A DNA stretch of 17,910 nucleotides from a bacterium. Its GTDB lineage: Bacteria; Hydrothermota; 32-111. Made by a program: the position numbers and the translations under genes. Under the pieces are notes generated by a model. It had not been told where the DNA came from. It did no database searches and worked only from the letters and a program-made list of their open reading frames with translations. Shown piece after piece: positions 7,414-15,606 of the stretch; the stretch's first letter is position 1; each line of letters starts with the position of its first letter. The stretch lies in contig JBFXGO010000043.1 in NCBI GenBank assembly GCA_050239825.1, positions 1-17,910 of the forward strand, written 5' to 3'.

Positions 7414-9006
7414 ATGTCAAGAAGAATTTTTCTCTTTATCGCAGTGCTGTTTGCAGTAGTCAATCTGTCAGCATTGGGGCTTCTCAATGACATAGAAGTC
7501 AGCACAGTGACCGGAAAAACGGAAGTCAAGCTGTCGCTTGACAAAGTCGCCAATTTTACCGACTTCTCAATCACCTCTCCGAATGTTATTGTCTTTGACC
7601 TTATTGCAATAGACAACGGACTTCCGGGAGGATACTACCATGTGCAGAATGGCTCCGGAGTCAATTCAATAGAAATAATCAAGGATTTTGAAACAAATTT
7701 CCTTAGGGTTATGATAGAGGTGGATGATAAATTTCAGTATTCCAAGGAGTACAGAGGGAATGACATAGTCATCATTGTTGACAAAGATGTAAGGTCTGAT
7801 ATTCCCGTTTGGAAAGCTTCGTCAAGCGAGGCGACCTCAAAAGAAGAGACAGGAAGCATAACCGACACTAAGAGCGAGTATCTCATGACTCTGGATGTCG
7901 AGAATGCCGATGTGGTGACTCTTCTCAGAGGAATAGCCGAATATGTGGGAGTAAACCTCGTCATGTCAAATCAGGTGACTGGCAAAGTGACGGTTCATGT
8001 GAAAGAGGTTCCGTGGAAGGATCTGTTTGATATGGTCACCCGTCTTGCCGGACTCACCTATGATGAATACCCCAATATGATAAGAGTGGGCACATTTACC
8101 GAATTTTCAAGGGAGCAGACTGCTATGCAGGATGCTCTTCCGCTCGATATAAAGGTTTACAAGCTTGAATTTGCGAAACCGACTCTCATCTCAACGGCAT
8201 TGAGGCCGGTTCTGTCAAAGAGAGGTATAATCACAGTAGATGACAGAAGCAATTCCATAGTAGTAAAGGATATTGCTGATGTCCACAACAAGGTTCTTAA
8301 GATAATTGAAGAACTTGATAAGAAAAACATTCAGGTTGAGATAGTGGTCAAAGTTGTTGAAATATACAAGACAAATTCAAAGAGCCTTGGAATATCATGG
8401 TCTCTTGAAAATGTCGGGTACGGCCAGATAATAGGCGGAGTAAATTTAAACGGGTCCTCGCCTACGTCAGCCGGAACAGTCAACATCGGGACGCTTCGCG
8501 ATTTTGCCCAGATAAATGCAACTCTTGATGCTCTTGAAGCAATAGGGAAATCAAAGACAGTCTCAAATCCGAGAATCACTGCCACAAACAATACATTGGC
8601 TGAGATACTCGGCGGCAAAGAATTCTTCGTCTCCTCCGTCGGAGTTGACGGACAGATTACAAGTGAAAAGTACACTGTGGGAACCATTCTCAGCGTTCTT
8701 CCTCATGTGAATTCAACAAAGGATATCACATTGGAGATAGAGGCGGAGCTTTCAACCGTGACAAATGAAGACCTCGGGCCGACAATCAACATAACTCAGG
8801 CAAAGACGGTTCAGATGGTTGTCGACGGAGAGACGGTTGTCATGGGAGGATTTGTTCTGACTGAGGATACAAGGTCAGAGAGCGGATTCCCGCTTCTCAG
8901 AGCGATACCGATAATTGGTCATCTCTTCAAGAATGACGCAAGCACTAATAGTGAAAAAGAGGTGTTGATTTTTATCACGCCGCATATCATAAAAGACATA
9001 GAGTAG
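7414..9006 (+). CDS. pilQ: Type IV pilus secretin PilQ (AMIN, N-domains, secretin)
   Basis: Signal peptide; SPNVIVFD AMIN-like segment; VTGKVTVHVKEVPW; VDDRSNSIVVKD; SNPRITATNN; GETVVMGG...FPLLRAIPIIGHLFK...VLIFITPHII. Confidence 0.96.
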   Translation: MSRRIFLFIAVLFAVVNLSALGLLNDIEVSTVTGKTEVKLSLDKVANFTDFSITSPNVIVFDLIAIDNGLPGGYYHVQNGSGVNSIEIIKDFETNFLRVMIEVDDKFQYSKEYRGNDIVIIVDKDVRSDIPVWKASSSEATSKEETGSITDTKSEYLMTLDVENADVVTLLRGIAEYVGVNLVMSNQVTGKVTVHVKEVPWKDLFDMVTRLAGLTYDEYPNMIRVGTFTEFSREQTAMQDALPLDIKVYKLEFAKPTLISTALRPVLSKRGIITVDDRSNSIVVKDIADVHNKVLKIIEELDKKNIQVEIVVKVVEIYKTNSKSLGISWSLENVGYGQIIGGVNLNGSSPTSAGTVNIGTLRDFAQINATLDALEAIGKSKTVSNPRITATNNTLAEILGGKEFFVSSVGVDGQITSEKYTVGTILSVLPHVNSTKDITLEIEAELSTVTNEDLGPTINITQAKTVQMVVDGETVVMGGFVLTEDTRSESGFPLLRAIPIIGHLFKNDASTNSEKEVLIFITPHIIKDIE

Positions 9007-9028
9007 AAACTCATTGTACCTCGGGAGT

Positions 9029-9060
9029 AAAAAAGGGGCTTTGCAGAAAGCCCCTTTTTT
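9029..9060. terminator. Bidirectional intrinsic terminator between pilQ and the response regulator
   Basis: AAAAAAGGGGCTTT-gcag-AAAGCCCCTTTTTT, a perfect hairpin with a T tract on each strand between convergent genes. Confidence 0.9.
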
Positions 9061-9070
9061 ATTGTTGTTA

Positions 9071-9430
9071 TCAGGTTGATTTCACCAGTGAATCTACTGT
9101 TTCAATCAATTCGTGAATCTCAAACGGTTTTTGAAGGTATGAAACATTTGGCAGTTTGACAAGTTTGTTCAATTGTGAATTCTGGGTTGAAAGCGCGGTG
9201 ACAATCAGATATGTTTTGTTTGGATACCTCGCCACCACCGTTTCAGCGCTATCTCCGCCCATGAGAAAATCCGTCACAATTAGATCAAATATAGATACAT
9301 CAAAATCATTCAAAACGCTTGTTATTTCAGTTTTAGGGCACACATCATACTTTTCAGACAGAATCATCTCTATGAGATCGCACACCTCTTTGTTGTCTTC
9401 AATCACTAAAATTTTTTTCTTGACTGACAT
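9071..9430 (-). CDS. Single-domain response regulator (CheY-like receiver)
   Basis: Start reassigned to ATG 9430 (MSVKKKILVIEDN, 119 aa); acidic ED, phospho-acceptor D in DLIVTDFLM, VTA, YLQKPF. Confidence 0.9.
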   Translation of the reverse strand: MSVKKKILVIEDNKEVCDLIEMILSEKYDVCPKTEITSVLNDFDVSIFDLIVTDFLMGGDSAETVVARYPNKTYLIVTALSTQNSQLNKLVKLPNVSYLQKPFEIHELIETVDSLVKST

Positions 9431-9437
9431 AAATCCA

Positions 9438-9465
9438 ATAATATATTTTTTTTCCCTTTTGTCAA
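9438..9465 (-). promoter_or_regulatory. Putative promoter of the response regulator (leaderless geometry)
   Basis: TTGACA (9465-9460), 16-nt spacer, TATTAT (9443-9438), 7 nt, then ATG 9430; no SD. Confidence 0.6.
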
Positions 9466-9580
9466 CAGGAATTGAACTCGGCAGATGATTTTTGCAGAAT
9501 GCTTTCCTTAGTTGAAGAGTCTGAAAATCATAGTTTCGCCGTAAACAATGAAAACTTTTCAAAAAACAAGGATTTTTTGC

Positions 9581-9609
9581 TTGACTTTTATAAAAAAATA
9601 AAATATCAT
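9581..9609 (+). promoter_or_regulatory. Putative sigma70 promoter for 9638-11227
   Basis: TTGACT 9581-9586, 17-nt spacer, TATCAT 9604-9609; AAGGAG SD 9625-9630. Confidence 0.55.
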
Positions 9610-9637
9610 TATAACAAACTTGAAAAGGAGAGTTAGA

Positions 9638-11227
9638 ATGAGGCTGAAAAGTTTATTTATTTTGATTATTTTACTGCCGATAATGGCATTTGCAGCTTTT
9701 GCAAAACCAACAGACCTTCTGAAGGTTCCAACTGCAGACATACTAAAGAATGGAGAACTTTCGGGAGCAGTATTTCTTTCTGCCGCATCCAATTTTACGG
9801 ATGACAAGGTTCCTTTCGATTACAATGTGGCAGTCTCTTATGGACTCCTGGATATGTTTGACATTACTCTCAACATGTTCACATATCTTGACTATACTCT
9901 CGGAGTTCAGTACAACTTTTTAAAGTCAGGCGGCGCTCTTCCTTCAATGTCAGTGGGTATAAGAAACATTACCTATAGAAAGTACATTGATGAAGGAGGC
10001 GGCGGAGACAGCATAAACAGCGGACTCACAGATTATGCTTATGCGGACAGAGCAGAGGATTGGTTCTCAATCTATTTTGTTGCAACAAAGGACTTCAATA
10101 AATTCGGAAAATACACTGTTGGATTGGGGAGAGGAGAATTTATCGGTTATGGTAGGGGAAGGTACCTCTCAACAGCCGCATTCATTGATGATTCAGTGCT
10201 TTCAGGAGCTACAAATTACATGTTCGGACTCTTCGGTGGAGCGGAGATACCGATTATTCCCAACCTCAATTTTGTCGGAGAAGTTACGGGCAGGGATGTC
10301 AACATGGGTCTTGAATATACAATAGCCGGTTTTAACATCTCCGGCGGATTAACGCATGCAGAGCTATTTACAGCAGGAGACCCAGCTCTCCGGCCGAGAA
10401 TTGATCTCGGTGTCTCATATTCATACTACTTCGGAGGAACGACAAGCAAGAAGGAATCAAACGGAATACTCATAGTGAATATTGTCGACAATACTACAAA
10501 CAAACTTCTTCCCGCAACCATAACTTTTGAAGAGACTGAAATAAAGCCGATACAGGTGGCCAACGGTTATGTCAAAATGCAGATAAAACCGGGAAAATAC
10601 AAAATAAAGATTGAATCAAACAATTACAAATGGCAGAAGAGGGAATTCTCTGTTTCTTCAAATGCCACAAGCGAGATAAACATAAAACTGAACAAGAAAG
10701 ACGACACCGAACAGGTGAATCAGACAAAGGCTGTCGCTTTGGCTAAAGAGGCGAAGGAGAAGCTGAATAAGGGAGACATAGCAGGCGCTCTTTTAAAGCT
10801 TGATGAGGCGCAGAAGCTCTCTCCGGACGACCCTACGGTTCTTGCATACAGGCAGGAAGCCAATACAAAGAGAGCTCAGATGATAAAAACATACAAAGAG
10901 AATGCCTTGATGTATGAACAGAAGGGTTGGGCAAAATCAGCAATTTCCGAATGGAATGCTCTACTTCTGCTTGATAAAAACAATGCTGAGGCAAAAGAGC
11001 ATATAAAGAATCTTGAAAAGGATGCCAATAAAACTGAGACCAAAAAGGATGAAGTGAAGACAGAGACAAAGAAGATTGATCCTGAAAAAGTCTATGAAGA
11101 GGGTTATATGGCGTATCTTGCCGGGGACTATAAAACCGCAATAAAGAAATTTGAAGAGGTTCTAAAGGCAAGTCCTAACCACGAAAAAGCCCAGAAGTAT
11201 CTGGATAAAGCAAAGAAGAGATTGTAA
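9638..11227 (+). CDS. Secreted/outer-membrane protein: YjbH-like beta-barrel, PEGA-like domain, TPR repeats
   Basis: Start at ATG 9638 (SD 7 nt upstream); signal ending AFA; LLKVPTADILKNGE and LFGGAE resemble YjbH-like barrels; amphipathic strands ending IDLGVSYSYYF; PGKYKIKI; TPR helices such as YEEGYMAYLAGDYKTAIKKFEEVLKASPNHEKAQKYL. Confidence 0.75.
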   Translation: MRLKSLFILIILLPIMAFAAFAKPTDLLKVPTADILKNGELSGAVFLSAASNFTDDKVPFDYNVAVSYGLLDMFDITLNMFTYLDYTLGVQYNFLKSGGALPSMSVGIRNITYRKYIDEGGGGDSINSGLTDYAYADRAEDWFSIYFVATKDFNKFGKYTVGLGRGEFIGYGRGRYLSTAAFIDDSVLSGATNYMFGLFGGAEIPIIPNLNFVGEVTGRDVNMGLEYTIAGFNISGGLTHAELFTAGDPALRPRIDLGVSYSYYFGGTTSKKESNGILIVNIVDNTTNKLLPATITFEETEIKPIQVANGYVKMQIKPGKYKIKIESNNYKWQKREFSVSSNATSEINIKLNKKDDTEQVNQTKAVALAKEAKEKLNKGDIAGALLKLDEAQKLSPDDPTVLAYRQEANTKRAQMIKTYKENALMYEQKGWAKSAISEWNALLLLDKNNAEAKEHIKNLEKDANKTETKKDEVKTETKKIDPEKVYEEGYMAYLAGDYKTAIKKFEEVLKASPNHEKAQKYLDKAKKRL

Positions 11228-11233
11228 TCAACC

Positions 11234-11263
11234 GGGGGGGATGCAAATCCCCCCCTTTTTTTT
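11234..11263 (+). terminator. Intrinsic terminator after the TPR gene
   Basis: GGGGGGGAT-GCAA-ATCCCCCCC followed by T8. Confidence 0.9.
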
Positions 11264-12157
11264 ATGCTTTTTAAAAACATAGTATCATTGCTTAAAAAAA
11301 CTGCGGCTTCAACAGATGCAGAATTTTATATTGTGGGCGGAGCAGTAAGAGACTATCTGCTGGGAATAGAGGATGTTTCAAATCTTGATATAACTGTCAT
11401 CGGAGGTTTTGAAAATTTCACATCTATTCTATTTGCCGAGTTTAAGATACCTGAAAAGAATGTGAAAATGTCTCTATTTAAAACAGCAGTGGCAGAGCTT
11501 GACGGATTCACCGTGGATATTGTCACTGCAAGGAAGGAATTTTACAGGGATGAGGGAATGCTACCGGAGATTACTCCGTCTAATCTCGAAGATGACATCA
11601 GAAGAAGGGATTTTACGATAAACAGCATTGCTTATGATGTAAGAAAAGATAAGGTGATTGACTTTCTCGGAGGAGCTGATGATTTGAGCAAAAGGATTTT
11701 AAGAGCGAACCGAAGCAGTCTTTTCACTGAAGATCCGACAAGAATATTCAGATTCATCAAATACAGACGAAGATTCTCTCTGATTCCGGACAATGAAACA
11801 TTCAACCAGTTTGATGAGGCACTGAATAAAGATACCCTCTTTGAAAATGTGTCAAAGAGCAGAATCTCAAAGGAGTGGCTGCTTCTTCTTAAAGAGAATT
11901 CCGTTGATTTTTTGATTGATGACCTTAACAGGTCCGGTGTGTTTAAAAGCATATTCAAAAAAGAGATTCTGTGCTCTCCATTGCCTGAAAAAATAAAAGA
12001 CCCCCTGCTTTCAACTCTGGCTGTATTTTATCAAAATGACACCCCTGTTCTTATCAAGGTAGCCGACACTCTGCTGAATGGAATCAAAAAAAATAAGATT
12101 GAGATGATTGAGAAAATGAAAAGCAAGTCAGGCAAATTTGAAATTCCGTCCGACTAA
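11264..12157 (+). CDS. cca: Class II tRNA nucleotidyltransferase (CCA/A-adding, poly(A) polymerase family), short, no HD domain
   Basis: YIVGGAVRDYLLG, DIVTARKEFY, DDIRRRDFTINSIA, EDPTRIFR, VSKSRISKEW; the catalytic DxD reads NLD. Confidence 0.85.
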   Translation: MLFKNIVSLLKKTAASTDAEFYIVGGAVRDYLLGIEDVSNLDITVIGGFENFTSILFAEFKIPEKNVKMSLFKTAVAELDGFTVDIVTARKEFYRDEGMLPEITPSNLEDDIRRRDFTINSIAYDVRKDKVIDFLGGADDLSKRILRANRSSLFTEDPTRIFRFIKYRRRFSLIPDNETFNQFDEALNKDTLFENVSKSRISKEWLLLLKENSVDFLIDDLNRSGVFKSIFKKEILCSPLPEKIKDPLLSTLAVFYQNDTPVLIKVADTLLNGIKKNKIEMIEKMKSKSGKFEIPSD

Positions 12158-13008
12158 GGTTTTTTAAAGAATACTGAAATCACATCCATCGTAAAAGCCA
12201 AAACAAAATGAATCACCGCCGCAGGAGCGAAAGTGCGTATCCTGTACACAAGAAATCCGAGAAGAATGCCGCCGAAAAGAGAGGATACTGTTTCAATCCC
12301 GGGCTTTCCTATGTGTGCAAATGCAAATATTACGGACTGCATCAAAACGGCAGAAGAAATGGAACCTGCAGATTTTGAAAAAGAAAATAGCATCGCCCCC
12401 CTGAAGTAAAATTCCCACAAAAAAAAGAAGAAAAGAAATCCGAGTTCATACTGGAAAAATGTCCAACCTCCGTTTTTCATGGCTCTGATCATGGGATAGA
12501 TTTTTGTGAACTGAGGATTGAAAGATGCAAAATAAGCAATTGCGGCGGCGCAGACAGAACAGACAAGAGTCACTATCAAAGCCTCTCTCGCCTTTCCGAA
12601 GGAGAATCCGAGACCCGAGAGAATGAATTTTCTTGTGAAAAGCATATAAGCAATAATTGGAAGTATTGAAAAAATCAAAAGAACATTGATAAGTTCATTC
12701 TTTGAAAAATCCCTCTTTGAACCGTTCAGAGAGATAAGGTAGAAGGCGAAAATAACTGCAAGCAAAGTAAAAATGAAATAAAGAATTTTCACTGCAGGCG
12801 AATTCTCCTCGACGGTTATTATGAAGAGAACCGGAACCGTAAAAAGAACTAGTGTCGAAAAGACTATCCAGAAATAAAACGGATAGAAAAAATTATTATT
12901 GTAAAGAAGAAAGAGAGTCCACAGAGAGAAGAATGCCGTATATAGAGAAAATCTGCTTGTTATAAATTCTCTTAAATCATTGAAGACACTGACAGTGGTC
13001 TCTTTCAT
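12154..13008 (-). CDS. CPBP (Abi/CAAX) intramembrane glutamic protease family protein
   Basis: Multiple TM helices; WEFYFRG, FAFAHIGKP and AVIHF motifs. Confidence 0.88.
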   Translation of the reverse strand: MKETTVSVFNDLREFITSRFSLYTAFFSLWTLFLLYNNNFFYPFYFWIVFSTLVLFTVPVLFIITVEENSPAVKILYFIFTLLAVIFAFYLISLNGSKRDFSKNELINVLLIFSILPIIAYMLFTRKFILSGLGFSFGKAREALIVTLVCSVCAAAIAYFASFNPQFTKIYPMIRAMKNGGWTFFQYELGFLFFFFLWEFYFRGAMLFSFSKSAGSISSAVLMQSVIFAFAHIGKPGIETVSSLFGGILLGFLVYRIRTFAPAAVIHFVLAFTMDVISVFFKKP

Positions 13009-14078
13009 TAAGGCTCCTCTCTTTTTTCCGTGTAATCAAAACAGTCCTTATTATCAGGGAATTTTTCCTTTCTGTCAAGGTCAAAGTAGGAATATTCTGA
13101 TGCCGGGTCCCAAAGGATGAAACCGTCTGCATCTGAATCAACAGTTGCCTTTATCTGATTGTTCACATAGTCATCACCCATTCTTGATGATTTCCATTTG
13201 AAATCCTGCAGATACAATATGGTCTTTGTGCCATACTTGCGTATTCTTTTGATTGATTTCTCGCCTGAATTGAAGATTATATCATATGTGCGTTTTTCCT
13301 TGGATTGCGAACTATAGAGCGAATCTGAAAAGTGCGACGGATAGACCATAGGGTAGATGGCATCAGTGACCTGAGCCATTCCTTCAAGCTGCTGCATAAC
13401 ATAGTAGAGTGAATCGAACCAGACAGTATATCCGTAAATATCGCATGAAATTTCAACATTGTAAGGCTTCAATTCGGAGTAGGCCTCTCTCAAAAAGCTT
13501 ATAACTATGTCAAATCCATTCATTCCATTATGCTCCGGAAAAGATAGAGCTCCCTTTACTCCGTCAGTCGGATACCTTATATAGTCAAACTGGATCTCTT
13601 TGAATCCGATTTTTGCAGCCTCTTTTGCCACAGCTATGAGATATTTTCTTACGAAAGGAGAGTAGGGAGAAACCCACAAAGCTCCGGAGGCATCATGAAA
13701 GATATCTCCGCCCGCATATTTTACCGCATACCTGTAGTTCTCTGTTTTTGCCAGTTTATTGTCTTTGAAGCACACCACTCTTGCAATCGGTTTAATTCCG
13801 TATTTTAAAAGAGTGTCTACCTTCTTCTCAATGTCATGCATTCTGTCATAAGATGCTACAGATGAAAATTCATCGGGAAGAAGAACCCCCACTTCGCCTC
13901 TGTCGTACTTGATATCGATTACTGCGGCATTGAAATCATTCTCGCGCATCTTCTGAACAAGCGAGTAGAATCTTGAACCTGATGCGGTATACCTGTTTAT
14001 ATAGATGCCCGAAGTTTTTTCAGCTGAAACAGAGAGAAACGAAAAAAGAACAGACAATAAAATTATTTTGCTATTCAT
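13008..14078 (-). CDS. Putative glycoside hydrolase (DUF4015-type), secreted
   Basis: Signal peptide; NAAVIDIK, IARVVCFKD, WVSPY, GFKEIQFDYIRYP, ISCDIYG, PMVYPSHF, YLQDF, GFILWDP. Confidence 0.88.
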   Translation of the reverse strand: MNSKIILLSVLFSFLSVSAEKTSGIYINRYTASGSRFYSLVQKMRENDFNAAVIDIKYDRGEVGVLLPDEFSSVASYDRMHDIEKKVDTLLKYGIKPIARVVCFKDNKLAKTENYRYAVKYAGGDIFHDASGALWVSPYSPFVRKYLIAVAKEAAKIGFKEIQFDYIRYPTDGVKGALSFPEHNGMNGFDIVISFLREAYSELKPYNVEISCDIYGYTVWFDSLYYVMQQLEGMAQVTDAIYPMVYPSHFSDSLYSSQSKEKRTYDIIFNSGEKSIKRIRKYGTKTILYLQDFKWKSSRMGDDYVNNQIKATVDSDADGFILWDPASEYSYFDLDRKEKFPDNKDCFDYTEKREEP

Positions 14079-15606
14079 TCAAGAGAGGATTTGTGTAGTA
14101 GAAACGAGTCAGCCCGTTCTGGGAATTCAGATACAAAAAACCCTTATGGGCGATTATATTATAGAATCCTGAAGATGGAATCGGTGAATTTCTTTTATTG
14201 TATATCTTCCATCTCTTTGTCTTCAGGGGGAATATGCCGAAACCCTCCAATGATGTTATGAAGCAATTTTCTCCGTCAAATGCCATGTCATAAAACTCAC
14301 CGAAAAGATTGTTGGGGTATGAAGTGAATTGTTCCTCTCCCTTGAGTTTGATGTGTATATAGGCATTGTCAAGAAGTATTTCCGCTTCATCGGTTTTCAT
14401 ATATTGGTATATGATGAAAGTCGGGAATGGAAATTCAACCTTCGAAAAGCTTGCTTCGCCCAGCTTTGCTTTATATAGAGTATTTTGAGAGACAAGATAA
14501 ACAGTGTCTTTGAAATACTCCACATTTATTACGGAAGTCAAATTGTCTGTTAGCTGGGTGAATTCTCTTGAATCGACATCTATAATGCCCACTCCAAGGT
14601 CATTGGTGACCAAAAAACGGCTGTCATCTACGGGAAATGCCCTGAAGAGTATGGTTCCTCTCTCTTTATCTATAGGAAAGAATCTATTCTTCTCTGTTGA
14701 AAAGTAAAATGCCTGTCCGAATTCGGTCAGAAAGAGAATATTCTTTTTGGAGGCGCATATATAAATCAGCTGATTGTCGGGTATTGCCGTATAATAATCT
14801 GTTCTGAAGAATTCAGAGGTTGTTTTTTCCGGATTCAAGCGGGTGATATTGATTGTGTTGGCTCCTCCAAGCCAGATGCTGCCTGAAGAGTCAAGAGCCA
14901 TTGCCCTTGCATTTAAAGATCCCAAGCCGTAAATGTATTGCTTCTCTTCCTTTGAAAATTTGTTTATCTTGAGAATCCCGGCTCCGTCAGTACCTATATA
15001 AATATCATTGAAATTTTCAACATAAGCTGTATAGCGATACTCCTTGTCATTGAAATATTTTTTATGAGGAGTCAACTGCGGAAATTTCGTAAAATCCTTG
15101 TTGTCAGAGTCCCAAATTACATTATCTCTGTTCTCTCTTAAAACCCAGCCGGTGTCAGTCATATTATGCTTTCCGGATGCGTAAACGCTATCTCCGATGA
15201 TAACGAACAAACTGTCCTCTGAGATTCCAATTCTATTTACGCTCTTGCCTGTTAATTTAAAGACATTGCAGAAATAAATCGTGTCATTGAACCAATCGAA
15301 ACGGTAGATGTAATTTCTTCCGGTAAAATAAAGATTGTAAGCCATGTAAGGGTCAGCCATAAGGTTTTGCATCGGAATGTCCGACATTGCTTTTCTGAAA
15401 GATGCGACAGTCTTCACTTCATCAGTCACTTTGTCTATGGCAATGATTCCCGAGGATGTGGATGCGTAAATGAAGTTTAAATCAGAGTCCATGTCAGTCA
15501 CATTTAGAAAATAGGATATCACTTTCCAGTTTTCAGGTTGAGCATTGTTGCAGAATATGAAGATAAGTGAGCAGGAGATAATGAGCAAAATTCCGTATCT
15601 ACGCAT
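14071..15606 (-). CDS. Secreted hypothetical protein, probable beta-propeller (two-component-regulator-propeller-like)
   Basis: Signal or lipoprotein-like N-terminus; repeated blade motifs IYASTSSGI, IYIGTDGAGI, ALDSSGSIWLG, ITSLEGF, YLNSQNGL. Confidence 0.65.
   Translation of the reverse strand: MRRYGILLIISCSLIFIFCNNAQPENWKVISYFLNVTDMDSDLNFIYASTSSGIIAIDKVTDEVKTVASFRKAMSDIPMQNLMADPYMAYNLYFTGRNYIYRFDWFNDTIYFCNVFKLTGKSVNRIGISEDSLFVIIGDSVYASGKHNMTDTGWVLRENRDNVIWDSDNKDFTKFPQLTPHKKYFNDKEYRYTAYVENFNDIYIGTDGAGILKINKFSKEEKQYIYGLGSLNARAMALDSSGSIWLGGANTINITRLNPEKTTSEFFRTDYYTAIPDNQLIYICASKKNILFLTEFGQAFYFSTEKNRFFPIDKERGTILFRAFPVDDSRFLVTNDLGVGIIDVDSREFTQLTDNLTSVINVEYFKDTVYLVSQNTLYKAKLGEASFSKVEFPFPTFIIYQYMKTDEAEILLDNAYIHIKLKGEEQFTSYPNNLFGEFYDMAFDGENCFITSLEGFGIFPLKTKRWKIYNKRNSPIPSSGFYNIIAHKGFLYLNSQNGLTRFYYTNPLLNE

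Noticed and set aside
9470..9550. c-di-GMP-I riboswitch, SRP RNA or integron attC reading of the hairpin
   Set aside because: GGCGAAAC...TGCCGA and AAGGAAAGCA are only superficial matches. There is no GNRA-capped P2 with a separate P3, no SRP CAGG-GNRA-AGCA loop, and no proper RYYYAAC/GTTRRRY pair or integrase.
9431..9562. 44-codon N-terminal extension of the response regulator ORF
   Set aside because: The receiver domain starts at M9430; the extension spans the promoter and hairpin.
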